DNA from: Geosiphon pyriformis uo1
Taxonomy: Eukaryota; Fungi; Glomeromycota
NCBI GenBank assembly: GCA_016748015.1
Contig: JAAOMT010000760.1
Location: 820,216 to 884,215, forward strand
DNA: 64,000 nucleotides
Reading direction: 5' to 3'
The notes beneath the pieces are model-generated. The model worked only from the letters and a program-made list of their open reading frames with translations. It made no database searches and was not told the DNA's origin. The translations under genes and the position numbers were made by a program. Shown piece after piece: positions 24,490-38,570 of the stretch (position 1 is the stretch's first letter; the number at the start of each line of letters is the position of its first letter).

Positions 24490-25357
24490 TGTTACTCATA
24501 GAAATATAGGAAATATATTAGCATAATTATTAGCCAATCAGAAGTAAGTATAAGAAAGATGGAATTCCAGGATTCCTCTCAGGAATTGCAGGATTCCAGG
24601 AATTTTAGGATTCCCAACAAAGAATTGCAGAATTCCAGAATTCCAGAATTCCTTTCAAAGGAATCGCAGGATTTCAGAAATTCTAGGATTCCTGTCGTAA
24701 AGAATCAAGAAATTGAGGAATCTCAATTATGTATATATAGCAGTAGTGTTAGAAACAGAAAAGACAGAATTGATACTACAAAATCTTTAGCCTAGAAACA
24801 CAATCATCAAATAAATAATTATTCCATATCTCAATCCACTTTCCATTATCAACACTTCATGTTGATAGTAATTGATACTTAATTACGCTGGAACAATAGC
24901 TCTTGATCACGGCTATTGACGGGATACTAATCTGCAAATTGTCTTGGCCAATTTCTTTTTTTTTTTTATTTTTTTTTTATTTCTTTTTCTTTATGTTATT
25001 TTGATTTGTTGTTGTATACTAATTAATTAAAAAGATTAAGCGCTGAGTTATTGACGTCAAGGATAGCCTAGTAAAAGACCCAGAAATAAGGGTAGAATTT
25101 TATATATTATCGAATAGCTTACCAGAAGGGCACAACTACTAGACTAAATCCGGCCACCATGCTGAGAAAAAAATTGGGAAAACTCTTGGGAAAATACATC
25201 TACTATCAACACTATTGAATTTCTGTCCATTATACAAAGGATTCCATCAAAACCTTCAGATACAACACCTTCAGATCACTATCAACTGCTATTAGCTTCA
25301 AGCACCAAGTTACGGGTTTGTTATTTAATTCAACAACAGAAATAATCATCTGTAACA
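24490..25357 (+). repeat. 3' LTR of copy 1
   Basis: 868 bp, homologous to 14941-15808, followed by TSD ATGT. Confidence 0.97.
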
Positions 25358-25779
25358 ATGTGCATACAAATATGCATTTTATTAAGTATATATACTTAAC
25401 TTTGATACATAGTACATAAATTATAACACTACATAAAAGCTAGTTTTTCCAGAAATCCATATAATATTTTCAAGTTAATACCATTTCAGAATTTTTTAGA
25501 CTCTAATTAAAGTCTTTTTTTGGTTTTTATGATTGTTTTTGATCTTTTAAAAATAAAAAAAATAAATTTTTATTTAAAATACAGATGAAATCTGAAAAAG
25601 TTAAGAGAATGTGTTTTAAAAAATCATAATATTGAGATTTTTTTTTTGTAATGATTTTCAGCTATTTTATCTTTTTATTTCAATTTTATTTTTCTTTATT
25701 AAATGTTATGAATATCATAAACATGAATTTTAAAATTTTTTTGTTATTTTAACAGAGATTGATAAACAGATCTTAATTA

Positions 25780-26083
25780 TTTAATTAGTTAGTTAATTAA
25801 TTAGTTAGTTAATTAATTAGTTAGTTAGTTAATTAGTTAGTTAGTAAGTTAATTAATTAGTTAGTTAATTAGTTAGTAAGTTAGTTAGTTAGTTAGTTAT
25901 TTAGTTATTTAGTTAATTAATTAGTTAATTAGTTAGTTAATTATTTAATTATTTAATTAATTAGTTAATTAGTTAGTTAATTAGTTAATTAATTAATTAG
26001 TTATTTAATCATTTAATTAATTGATTAGTTAATTAGTTAGTTAATTATTTAATCATTTAATTAATTAGTTAATTAGTTAGTTG
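25780..26083. repeat. Degenerate (TTAG/TTAA)n tetranucleotide microsatellite
   Basis: Direct reading. Confidence 0.9.
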
Positions 26084-26810
26084 ATAAGACAAAGTTCACT
26101 TTGTATTATATTAAAAAAATTCTATAATTTTTATAATAATAAGTTCCAAAATTATTAAAATAATAAAATTTAAAGAATAAAAAAATTTTAAAACTTAATT
26201 TTAAGTTGAAAAAAATTGAAATTAATAATGTTCGAATAAAATAATTTCTTTTTGTATTCTATAAAGAATCAAAAATTTTTTAAAATTAAATTATTTTTAG
26301 TTTTTATTAATATATAATTCGAGATTATTTTTTCCAATCAAGAAAAAAGAAGGGGAGAAAGAGTAAAAGTGAAAGGGAGATAAGAGAGGATTCAAAAATT
26401 TAATAAATAAAAATAAATAAAAATAAAAAAAATAAATTTTTAATGTCCTATTACTAATATGTAGTAATTTTCATTTTTAGACTATTTTTAAATATAGTAA
26501 TATTTTGTAGATTACAAAAAAAAAATTAAAATTTTCTTGTGTTACATAGAAAATCTTATTTATATACATTTTACTTTGTAAGCCAGTTTTTGACTTTTAT
26601 TTTTAAAAAAAAATTCTTATCAAAATAGTCAAAAAATAATATAGTAAAATAGAATTTAAAATGAAAAATTTTCAAGATTGAAAATGATAATAATAATAAT
26701 AATAATAATAAATAAAAACCTTTTTTTTGAAAAGTAAATTAAAAATTAAAAATTGGAATTGGAATCAAAGATTAAATTTTTTTGCACTAAAAATTTTTTT
26801 TTGTTATCAT

Positions 26811-27666
26811 TGTTACAGATGATTATTTGGGGTCTCAATTCAAATAACAAACCCATAACTTGGTGTTTAGTAACTAATCTGATGGATGATAATAGTAATA
26901 TTAGTATGTAGTATTTGTCTAAAAGTTTTTTAATTGAGTCTTTTGTATAATAGACAGAGATTTAATCTTGCCTTTCCAGTAGCTTCCTGGAATTGCAATT
27001 CCATCAAATTTTTTTTTCAGCATGATGGCCAGTAATCTGGCAGAGATGCTCTTCTAGTAAGTTAGCCGTTAATATATATATAATTCTTATACTCTTCCTT
27101 TGGAGTCTTTTATCAGGCTATTTTTGATGTTAATAACACAGTGCTTAATCTTCAATCAATTAGCAACTCCAGAAAAAATAACTAAATAAAACAAAAAATA
27201 AATAAATGAAAATAAGGAAACAATTAAAAGCAATTGCAAGTTAGTGTTCTGTTAATAGCCATGATCAAGAGCTATTGTTCTAGTATGGTTAAATATTAAT
27301 TGCTATTAACATGTAGTATTGATAATAGAAAGTAGATTAAGATAACAAATAGTTATTTATTAATGTGAAGGTTGTTTTAGAACAAATCTAAACTGGAAGG
27401 TCTGTCTTTTCTACTTCTAATGCTACCACTATATATATATAATTGAGATTCCTCAATTCCTCAATTTTTCACATCAGGAATCCTGCAATTTCTTTTAAGA
27501 AGAATCTTGGAATTTTGGAATCCTATAATTCTTTGTATGAGAATCTTAAAATTCTTGGAATCTTGCAATTTCTCTTGAAAAGAATCCTGGAATTTCACAT
27601 TTACTACAGCTACTTCTGATTGGCTAATTTATATCTTAATATATTTCTTATATTTTATGAATTATA
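26811..27666 (-). repeat. 3' LTR of copy 2
   Basis: Homologous to 36055-36807; inner end decayed (ATTATA for GTAACA); PPT at 27670-27682. Confidence 0.9.
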
Positions 27667-27680
27667 TTATTCCCTCCTTT

Positions 27681-28349
27681 TTAATATTCAGTTCCATCAA
27701 GATTTCCCAAATCTTCTAGCTCTAATTTTCCATTTTTAAGTAGTTTTTGGACTTCTTTTCCAAGAATTATTTGTGTTATCTTGTTTTGTAATTTTTTAAA
27801 TTGGGCATTGATTATTTTTTCTATTTGGTTAACAGTAATAGTGTCCATTTCAGTGTTGAGCAAAATTTCTGGTCGATCTTAGAATCCAGTATATAGCTGA
27901 TAAATGGCTTTTGCTTGTGTAGTTAAATTGTTTTTCCCCATAAATTGTTCCAGTTATTATAGTATTGTTGTATTGAATAATTGTTTGGTCTTATTCGTGT
28001 ATAGATTCTGAATGTTCATGTGTTGTTCCAAGTAAAAGTAACAAAAGTTTCTTGGAAATTGTTGTATCCACCAGTCCCAGGTTTCCATAGTCTACTCTTA
28101 ATATTGGGTAATTTTGGGTTGTATTTCTATCGTCAATTTTACTTTTGCCATTATTTTGTCAACAGTGTTTTCTGTTTTTCTCTATACTTTATCTTATGGT
28201 CTTTTTCTGGTGTTTGTGTATCTGATAGTTTGTTGATTAATTGTGATTTCCATTTTTTGTTGTTGGATTAATTGAAAGAATTGTTGTGCTAGTAAGTGAA
28301 TGTTGTCAGTAATTTCCATTTTTCTAATGTCTTCCATTACATCTACCAT
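27681..28349 (-). pseudogene. ORF3 of copy 2 (222 codons with internal stops)
   Basis: MVDVMEDIRKMEITDNIHLLAQQFFQLI...ETWDWWIQQFPRNFCYFYL...NLDGTEY*; the ATG at 28349 is in frame with the 27681-27863 ORF. Confidence 0.75.
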
Positions 28350-28373
28350 GTTTTTATATACTCTTTTTATTGT

Positions 28374-29752
28374 TTAATTGTATGTGTTTGGTCCAATAAT
28401 TATGATTGGTTCTAAATCTCGTGGAATCTTATCTGATTGGACTAGTATTCTCTGTACTCCTAATTGTGAAATATTACTGGTGGATGGTGACACTATATGG
28501 TGATATAGTTTTAGTTGATCACTATGTGCTGCTTTGGCTAAGATTTTGTTGTTCTATCTTAATTTATAAGCTCCATTTCCAAGAATTTTTTCTATGTGAA
28601 ATGGTCTGTCTTTTTTGGGGTTAAATTTTCCACTTCATTGTTTTTGCACTTTGGTACAATGTAGAAGTACTTTGTCTTCAATCTTGAATTCAGCTGGTTT
28701 ATCTGATAGTTAGTTATCATGTCTTTCTTTTTGTTTTTTCTGTGACTTTTGGATGTTATCAGCTGCTTTTTGCCATTTGTTTTTTAGTGTTTCTATTAAG
28801 TTATATGTTTTTCTCAATAATGTTTTCTGAAAATTGTCTTCAATTATTGGTTTTGTTAGATAAGTGTTGACTTCTATCTCAATTGGTAATATTGCTGTTA
28901 TTATATACCAATTCAAATAGTTGCTTATATGGTATCTTGCTTCATTGTCCGATAAGCAAATAGTACTGATAATATAAACAAATCTCATTTGTTTTGGTTT
29001 TCTTAACTAATCTTGGTGATTGTTTCACACAATGTTCTGTTAAATTTTTCAACTAACTAATTTGTTTGTGGATAGTATGGCAATGATAATGGTCTTTTGA
29101 TTCCAAATCTTTGACTTAATTCTGCTAATGTTCTATTTACAAAGTGAGTTTTTTGATCAGATAATAATTCTTTTAGATATCTGTGTCGACATATTAAATC
29201 TTGATAAACAAATTTGGCAACAGATTCTGCATCTGCTCTTTAAATGGCTTTTGCTTCTGGCCATTTTGTGAGATAGTTCATAGCTACTGCAATATATCTG
29301 TTGCTTTTACTGGTAATTGTCAATAGTCCGACTAAGTCAATTCCAATGTAATTAAATGGTTGTTTTACTTTGATTGGTCTTAATGGTTTACTGGGTTTTG
29401 TTTCACCTCTTTTCTAACAAGCATCACAATTTTGAATATATTAGATAATATCTGAATACATTGATGACCAATAATATTTTTTTCTGGTTTTTTCTATGGT
29501 TGCTTCTTTATGAAAATGTCTTGCTGTTAGATCTGAACGCATGTTGAATAATATTGTCTCTTTCTCTGGTTCTGTAACTACTCTGGTTGGTTGATTTGGC
29601 TTTCTTCTGTTTTTTTAGTAAAGTACATTTTGATGGTTAATAAAATATTTTGATTGTTGTTTTATGTTTTTTTGTTCCTTTTGAGATAATTTCTTTTTGA
29701 ACAATTGGGTATTTATATAATGTTGTAATTGTTAGTATTCTTGGATATTCAT
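28374..29752 (-). pseudogene. ORF2 of copy 2: integrase
   Basis: Starts MNIQEY, collinear with the copy 1 integrase (GIDLVGL, YLTKWPEA); decayed. Confidence 0.88.
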
Positions 29753-29781
29753 CTTTTGTTATATTTTTGGGTTGAAATGTT

Positions 29782-32700
29782 TTAGATTTGTCTTATTCAT
29801 GACAATCCATCAGCATTTCTATTGTTTTTTCTTTTTTTATAATGTACTGTATAATTGAATAGTAAAAGTTCTATTTTCAATTTGACATGGCAATTATCTC
29901 CGAATTTTAGTTTCTGGATTGAAGTCAATCCCTTGTGGTCAGTATACATATCAAACTTTTGACTCAAGTATTTTTTCCACTTAATGACAGCCTAATAGAT
30001 AGCTAAGTGTTCTTTTCAGCTGGACTTAAGCTTCTACTGGCATAAACTACTGAATGCTCTCTTTCATTCAGTCCTCTCTGCAATAGTATTGCTCCCAATG
30101 CTTGACCTGATACATCAGTAGTGATAATGAATGGCTTGCTATAATCCAAATAGATCAGTACTGAAACTTGAATAAGCTTTCTTCTAAGTATATCAAAAGC
30201 TTCTTGCTGGGTTTTTGTTCATTTATATTTGGTGTTTTTTGTTTGGAGCTGATGTAGTGGTTGAGCTATTTTGGAAAAGTCTTTGATAAAATGGTAGTAG
30301 TATTCAGCAAATCCCAAGAATGCTCTCAATTCTGTGAAATTATTTGGTACTGGAAAGTTCTTGACAATTTCATTCTTGTCTGAATCTGTTTTAATTCTGT
30401 CTTTGCTCATCACATGTTCCAAAAACTTGAGTTCCATTTTTCCAAAGAAACATTTAGTTGCATTTAGCTTTAATCCGGCTCTTCTTAGTCTTTCAAACAC
30501 TTGTTGGAGATAATGCAAATGATCATCAAATGTTTTTGAGAACACATTAGTATTATCCAAATATACAACTACTGATTTCCATAATAATCCAGTATAGACA
30601 ATTTCTATGAGCCATTGGAATGTTGCTGGAGCATTTATCAAGCCAAATGGCATGATTTCAAATTCAAATTCTCTTCTCTTGTTGTGAATGCAGTCTTTTC
30701 TTTATCAGCTGAATCCATGGCTACTTGCCAGTAACTACTATCTAAATCTGATATTGAGAACCATTTATTTCCACCGAAAGCATCAAATAACTTCTGAATC
30801 CATGAAGTTGAATAACTGTCTCCTTGAGTAACACTGTTGAGTTTTTGATAATCCACACAAAAGCAGATTTTCTCATTTTTTTTTCCAGACTAGTACCACT
30901 GGTAATAACTATAGACTCATTGATGGCTGAATTAGCCTATTGTCAAGCATTTAATTGATTTCTTGATAAATGATCTCATGGCTAGCTGGTGGTACTCGAT
31001 ATGCTCTTTGTTTAATTAGCATTGCATTTTCAGTCTTAATCTGATACTGGATAATGTTGGTGTGGCCAAATTCATTTTCACTAGCAAAGATATTATTGAA
31101 ATTGCTGAGTAACATCTTTAGTTGCATCTGTTGGAGTGGGTCTAGATTCCTCATGTTTATTTGTTCCAATTGTTCTGGTTGGAGCAGATAACATTCACTT
31201 CATCCATAGATGGTTTGTGATGTAATGTTTACATATTCGCAAAGTTGTGGAAAATTTGGAATGTGATTTGGTGGTTGATCCTCAACTTTGGTGGTTAAAT
31301 ATCCAATAATGATTCCCTTTGGTATTTCAATGACACTTCTTGTTGTGTTGTAGATGAGAATTTTGATGTTTTTTGGGCTTTTGACTGATATGTAGAGATT
31401 AGTAAGTCCAATTTCTCCTGATTCGCAAATAGTGGCTTCCACTTCAAACAACTGAGCTTGATTCTTTACTTTTCTTTTTATGACTAACATATACTGGTCA
31501 TATGATAGAATGAAATTTGATTGACAGGTTGAGATAATTTCTCCTTTGTCAATAACTTTTTTTTTTGCCATATTAACTAGTATATCTATTCTACCTGTTG
31601 ATCTAAATTCCTGTATTCCTCTAGCTGTGATTCCTAATTTTTTCTTATTTCCCACTAACACTAGCTGAGCTATTTTTACCAGAGATAGAAAGATTGCCTG
31701 TGCTATCTTTTTATTTAGATTTATGATATATGCTTTTTCTGAGTCATTTTGTAACATAGCAATGATATTTTCTACATATCCTATGTCAATTAATCCTCCT
31801 CTGATGTTGATCCCCTTTTTCACTAAACTACTCCTGGATGCTAGTTGAATCATTGTTGTTGCTAGAATTTCCAGTGCTATTTTCAGATTAATGCAAGTGC
31901 ACAAATGTGGTTCCAATTAAATGGGATCTTTCCCCAGATATCTCAGATCAAACCCTGCATCAGTATCATGTGTATGTTCAGACTTAATACTTTCATTATT
32001 ATTACTGAACCATTTCAGTTTCTGCTTCTTGGTAAGATTAGAGAGTGTAATATATGTTTCAGGGTTTGAATTGGAGTCTGAATTGTTGTTATTTTTATTG
32101 CCATATTGAGCAAAGCTGGAACCATTGTTTTTATTATTGTCATTGTCAAAGTTTAAATTGGGATTGAAAGTTGATCCCAATTCTAATGCACAGCTGTTGA
32201 TTGGTTTGTCTTCCTCTGGAATTGTGTAGATCATGCATAGTGGTGGATTGTAGATGAGGTCACACTTATTATAATACTAAAAGTCATATAGAATCAAACA
32301 ATAGTCATATAATCAGGTGTTTATTTCTTTCAAGCATTGTTCTTGCTCTTCTTTGGTAGATGCCAAATTCTGGTAGTGTTCATGAAACTCCTCTGGGCCT
32401 GTTTCTATATCAAGAAAAGCATTTGGGTTTGGGATAAGAATGATGTCAACTGGTTCTGGTGAGTAGTTTTTGATCTTTAAAATTTTGCTGGGCATGGCTT
32501 CTTCAATTTTGGCATTAGCCATATGTCAGATCTTGTCCTTGTCATGTGGATACCTGTCCAAGTAATTGATTGCTTGGTGCCAGGCTGCAGTAATAGGTGT
32601 TCCATAACTCACCCAGTTACTGATGAGAATTGTGTATTGGCATGAAGCATCACACATTTCTTTTTACCCAGGAATGTTGTTTCACATTCCTTCATTAAGC

Positions 32701-35700
32701 AACTGTTTGCCACAAGCAAGACATGATTTGTTGTCTTACTTTCTTTGACGTTTTGGGTACTCATATTATTCTCTATGGCACAGCTTATAGTAATAATGTG
32801 TACATATCCAGTAGTCTTTGTCTAATGCCACTCAAGCTCTTATAAAAGAAAGTTTCTTCTCACAGTCTTTGCATTTGAGAGATATATATGGTGGCTTCTT
32901 TATTGGTTCTCATGAGTATTTTCTTTCCCAGCCATTAGTTATTTCTTCTGTGACAGTGGTTTCTTTGGTTAGATCTTCTTCTTTCTTTTTTCCTTTCTTT
33001 TTATTAGTTTCTTCCCATTCCCAAGTTGGTAGTTTGTTTGGGTCATTGTTAGTTTCTTAGTCTTGGTCGGTGTTTCAGATAAGTTTTTTTTTTTTTTCTC
33101 TTTTTCATTATTGTCCCAAGAGAATATTGGTGGTAACTCATTGTGGTTTTCTTCAGTCCATGATACTTGATAGGCTTCCCAAGTAGGTTTCTTCTCTTCT
33201 TTCTCAAACTCGATAAGTAGTGTTGTCAAATTGGTGGTCTTGAAATGGCCACACATGGCTGGTATGCATGTGTGTTGGCCGTTCTGACTAATTTGAAGCT
33301 CCTGTGTATTCCAATCAAGTAATGCATTGGTTTTGAATAGCCAATTATTACCAACAAGTGCTTAGTATTAGGTGGCTTCCATGATCAGTACTTTGATTAG
33401 GACAATAATACCATTGACTTTAATAGGGAAGTTGTCAATTTCATTAATAGAAGTTTTGGTTGCTCCATTAGCAGTTATGATCCTGGTGCTGGCAGTGCAA
33501 TCAACTCCACAACTTAATTGGTCCATGAGTTATCTTGTAATGATGCTGCCAGTTAATCCACTGTTTAGAATCAGTTTGATGGAGTGGCTATTAACTTTGG
33601 CATCAATATACATGGCAGTAATAGGTTTTTCTTCTAGAGCAGCTTCACTAAATAACAGCATGGTCGATAGTTCTTCAAGTTCAAATGAGAAGATGGCATC
33701 TAGTGATTTGTTCTCAGTAATAGTAGCTGGTGGAATATTGCTAGTAAGTGTTAGTTGTTAGTTGGTTTCCAAGTTATTGGGTTGGGCGTCTTCTGAGGAG
33801 ACCAAAAGACTTAAATAGTGTTGGGAATTCGGGTTTTGGGAGTTCCCAGTGCCTGAATTCTGTTGTTGAGATCTTAATGACTGGCTTGAAGAACTGGAAA
33901 TTGGTTAATAGACTACCATTGACAATTTCCAGCTTTGTTATATCAGTTTTGGTCTTTAGATTCTGTTTTGAAGTAAGTTTTGTAGTGGTGCTTGAATTTG
34001 TTGGGGCTGATAAATTACTTGAGACTGTGGCTAATAAATGGGTTGGGACTGTGGTTAATAAATGACAGGTGTTGTTGGTTGATAAATTGGTGATTAATAG
34101 ATTGACAGTTGTGTCATAGGTAGGTAATTTAGTTGATACAGTTCTGGTGATTGATTACTAAAGTATTTCTGAATTTGTAATCAGTGATTGGAGTTTCAAT
34201 ACTGATGATCTGATCTTTGTTTATTTAGCTGTTTATGACATTCAAACTGTAAATGTCTTTGTTTACCACAACAGTAGCAAACACGCATCTCCTGCTGCCA
34301 CTATTGATTGGTCGAGAATGTTGAATGTGACTGATTCTAAAACCAATTTGCATTTCCAGAATTATTGCATCATTGTGGTGGTTGATAAATTGCATAATTG
34401 TCAACTAAGTATCCCTCTAATTTCTAATTGATGGAATCACTAAATTGTTTCAATTTGAAATCCAATTCAAATAATTCATTCATTATTAGATTAATGGCTT
34501 GAGCATGATTAGCTTTGAGTTCAGTGGCTTCAAAATCTCTGGCATTTGTAACTGCAGCTTGAAGATCTGCTGGATGCATTGGGCATATGTGTTAAAGGAT
34601 ATTACTGCAGAGGCCTCTAATAAATTGGTTTAGAATTTGTGGTGCTGTGAAATAATCAGCCTGTATGGCCTGGCACAGATTTCTGTGAAAGCATCTTAAG
34701 TAAGTAGTGACTGCTTCATTTTCTCCTTGCTTGATGGTAGTAAAAGTGTTTGCCAATTGGTTGATGCTATTATTATTACTGAAATATTGTAGAAATACAA
34801 GCTTGAATGTATTAAAATCCTAGGGTTTGTTGGTTAAGCTTTGATATTATGAGTTGGTAGTGTCCTGAAGAAAATAAAAAATGGCTTAGAAAACTCTTGC
34901 GTCATTCCATCTGTTGGTTATGATGGCTTTTTCAACATCATTGAGCCATATTTGAGCATCATCTTTTTCACTGGTGAACTTCTCCAGTTTTGTTATTAGA
35001 GCATAGGCCATTAAATCTAAGTTCAGTTGTTGTTGTTGTTGTTGTGATGGTAGGAGTAGTAATTGAATTTGGAATTGTAGTGGTGGTGGCTGTTGTTATA
35101 GAACAACTGGTAGTAGATTAATGACAATAATTGAAGATAAGTTTTGCTAAATAATTGCTTTGGGGTTTCGATCATTCTGATTTTGCTAAGTTTGAAAATT
35201 TGGAGTTCTGATTTCCAGATTTTCTAAATTTGAATCTTGTTGAGTTTAAAAGTTTGGAATTTTGATATTTGGGTTTTCTGGAATTGGTTTTTGATAAGTA
35301 AATTCTTGATCTTTGGCTTCTTTTTCTTCCTTCTTCTCTGATTCTGTTATCTTCTAGGGACTTGCATTTCTGAAATTTGGTTAAGGTAATAGTGATCAAA
35401 ATCCTGATGGCATTGGCAATTGCAATTTAAATCTTTCAAAATAATTGCTGTAGGTTCTTAGTAATTCTGCTTTCTTTTGTTTACTTTGAAATAGAAGTCA
35501 TCCAAATGTGGATGTCACATGTGATGTTGATGCACCTGTTGATGAGATGTTGATAGCGCTTCCTAGTGTGTAATGATATGATAGATTGGTTGGTGATTCA
35601 ACTCTGGTTTTCTTCCAAGTAGATAGTTGTATTTGTTTTGGTGTTATTGCTGGTGTTTGCAATTTTTTTTTGCCTTTGTCTGCATAAGTGATGGAGAATT

Positions 35701-35992
35701 GTTGTTGTGTGTATCTTTCAATGGTTTGATTGATTTTCCTGATGATTGGTGCAAAACTGTAGTTTTTTGATAAGCTAATATGTTGAAATAATTCTATATA
35801 AAAATTTTCTCTTGCAGATTCAATGTTAATAATTCCTTTTAAGCAGTCTGTAATTTTATTGTTAATGTAGAAGTTAAAGATAGATTCTGCTGGGAAGTGG
35901 TTATTGTTTAGTCCTAATTGTTGGCTGTACTATTAGAACAAGGATTTAATAAATCCTAAATGATTTGCTCCTATGTTTTCTAATTCTGCCAC
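29782..35992 (-). pseudogene. gag-pol: ORF1 of copy 2: Gag, PR, Cys-rich, dUTPase, pseudo-dUTPase, RT, RH
   Basis: DAGFDLRY, LASRSSL, GGLIDIGY, MPFGLINAP, YLDN; starts AAA-GTG-GCA at 35992 and ends IRQI* at 29782. Confidence 0.9.
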
Positions 35993-36035
35993 TTTTGGAT
36001 GGTTGTTGTTGGTGTTGGTTCTCTGTAAAATTATA

Positions 36036-36052
36036 CCTCACAAAGAGCACCA
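36036..36052 (-). other. Primer binding site of copy 2
   Basis: TGGTGCTCTTTGTGAGG on the minus strand, 2 nt from the LTR. Confidence 0.85.
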
Positions 36053-36054
36053 AA

Positions 36055-36807
36055 TGTTACAGATGATTATTTGGAATCTCAATTCAAATAACAAACCTGT
36101 AACTTGGTGCTTAATAACTAATCTGATGGATGATAATGGTAATATTGGTACATGGTATTTATCTGAAGGTTTTTTGATTGAGTTCTTTGTATAATAGACA
36201 AAGATTCAATCTTGTCTTTTCAGTAGCTTCCTGGAATTGCAATTCCATTGAATTTCTTTCTCAGCATAGTGGCCGGTAATCTGGCAGAGATGCCCTTCTG
36301 GTAAGCTAGCTGTTAATATATATATAATTCTTATACCCTTCCTTTGAGATCTTTTACCAGGCTATCTTTGATGTCAATAACTCAATACTTAATCTTCAAT
36401 CAATTAGTAACTCTAGAAGAAATAACTAAATAAAACAAAAGGAAAATAAAAGAAAATAAGAAAACAATTAAAAGCAATTGCAAGTTAATGTCTCATTAAT
36501 AACCATAATCAAGAGCTATTGTTCCAGTGTAGTTAAGTATTAATTGCTATCAACATGTAATGTTGATAGTGGAGAGTGGATTAAAATAACAAATAGTTAT
36601 TTATTAATGTGAAGGTTGTTTTAGAATAAATCTAAACTGGAAAGTCTGTCTTTTCTACTTTTAATGCTACTGCTATATATACATAATTGAGATTTCTTGA
36701 TTCCTTAATTTTTCACACCAGGAATCCTGGAATTCTTGAAATCCTGCAATTTCTTTTGAGAGGAATCCTGGAATTCTGGAATCCTGTGATTCTTTGTATG
36801 AGTAACA
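36055..36807 (-). repeat. 5' LTR of copy 2 with an internal U3 deletion
   Basis: 753 bp versus 856 bp for its partner; lacks the CCAAT-containing segment. Confidence 0.9.
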
Positions 36808-37329
36808 CCATGAAAAAAAAGATGGCTGAAAAGATGATTTTTTTATGAATGATTAAAAAAGTAAAAGTTAATATATAAAGAAATCTATTTTAAGTTTTCA
36901 AAAAGAGCTAAACAAAAAAAGTTTTTTTTTAAATTTGGTCTAGAAAATTATTAAGTTTTTTTTTTAAGTAGCTGAATTACATTTATTAGATTTAAGATAA
37001 AANNNNNNNNNNNNNNNNNNNNAAAAAAAAAAAAAAAAAAAACACACACAAAATTTGGACAGATGACAAATGACAAATTATATTTTAAGTTATCAAGTAA
37101 AATTTTTTTTTATATATTTATTTTTTCTGTGAAATCATAGAATATTCTCCAAAATTTTTTACAGGATTTTAAAAGATTGGTCATCATCATTGCAAAGAAA
37201 TTATTTATAATAGAAAAATATAATTCATTATTAAAAATTTGAAATTATGTTAAAAATTTATGCCAAATTTTATTAAAAACTTTTTTTTTGTATTAAAAAA
37301 AATTTATTTCTAAAAACCCAAGACTTTTT

Positions 37330-37553
<224 letters not shown>

Positions 37554-37899
37554 CTTTCATTCTTTCATTTTTTCTAAATTTTATCATAATAAGACTATTA
37601 AACTTATGCATAAATATTATTAATCCTTAAAAAACTTAAAAATAAAAATCATGTAAAACGTTTACAAACTTTTTTTTTCTCATTGGTCAATTATTAAAAG
37701 TTTTTGATTTTGTGAACTTAAAAATTCTTTTATTTGTAAAACAAAAAAAAAAAGACTAATTATTGTAATATTTCTGAAAAAAATTTCTATGATGCAATAT
37801 TCTTTTAAAGTTAATTTATGTGATCAATTTTAGAATTAACTTTAGCTTTTTATTTGAGAAATTAATTAATATTTTCTTTTTAAATATTAAAAGAATTTT

Positions 37900-38570
37900 T
37901 TTTTGATAATTTATTTTACATCAAATGATAATATTTTCTCATATTTAATAAAAGCAGTTTATAGAAAACTGTCAGTTATAGTTAGGAAAAAACTTTATAA
38001 TAAAAATTACTCAGGTGTTTTATGTTTGGTATATGATAATATTAAGCTGTCTAATCATAGTTTTACATATTCAAAGAATATTTCTGTACATTCTGACATC
38101 TTGTGTGGTCACATAAAATTGTAAAAGTCTTTGGTAATAATCTGTTCTCCATTGTTTTTACCAATATTATATACTCTTTTTCTGGATATTTTTAATATTG
38201 AATTGTATATAATCTTATACAAAAGTTTTATTTTCAAAAATTAGATTAATAAAGCTATGACAACTTTTAATAATAATAAAAAAACTATATTAATGATAGT
38301 TAATTTTATTTATTATTTAGCCAAAAAACATTATAGCAAGTTATAATTGTTTAGATTAAAGTTTAGAGTAAATATGAAAAAAAAATAGCTTAGTTGATAA
38401 TAAAGAGATTTTGTTTAATGTCTTTTGTGATTAGTCTGGTTTTTTGTTGGCTAAAATAATTTACTTGCTTAGTGTTATTGAATTTTTTACAATTAGTTTT
38501 GGTCTATATAAAATGTGTTTGTTTTTTAGGTATAAACAATAATACAGAGATTTATATAAGTATATAATAT
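37900..38570 (+). mobile_element. 3'-terminal remnant of a LINE (ORF2 C-terminal zinc-finger region), heavily AT-mutated
   Basis: YLIKAVYRKLSVIVRKKLYNKNYSGVLCLVYDNIKLSNHSFTY resembles a decayed LPV..R......CxxC...ExxxH.F.C C-terminal motif of LINE ORF2. Boundaries approximate. Confidence 0.5.

Larger units (their letters stand above)
14941..25357 (+). mobile_element. Ty3/Gypsy LTR retrotransposon, family A copy 1 (full length, inactivated)
   Basis: Two 868-bp LTRs with TG...CA ends, perfect 4-bp TSD ATGT, PBS, PPT, and PR-RT-RH-IN domain order. Confidence 0.97.
26811..36807 (-). mobile_element. Ty3/Gypsy LTR retrotransposon, family A copy 2 (more decayed)
   Basis: LTRs at 26811-27666 and 36055-36807, TSD TCAT/CCAT, PBS, PPT, all domains collinear with copy 1. 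Confidence 0.95.

Noticed and set aside
25780-26083. Interstitial telomeric repeat
   Set aside because: The unit is TTAG/TTAA, not TTAGGG; it is a simple microsatellite.
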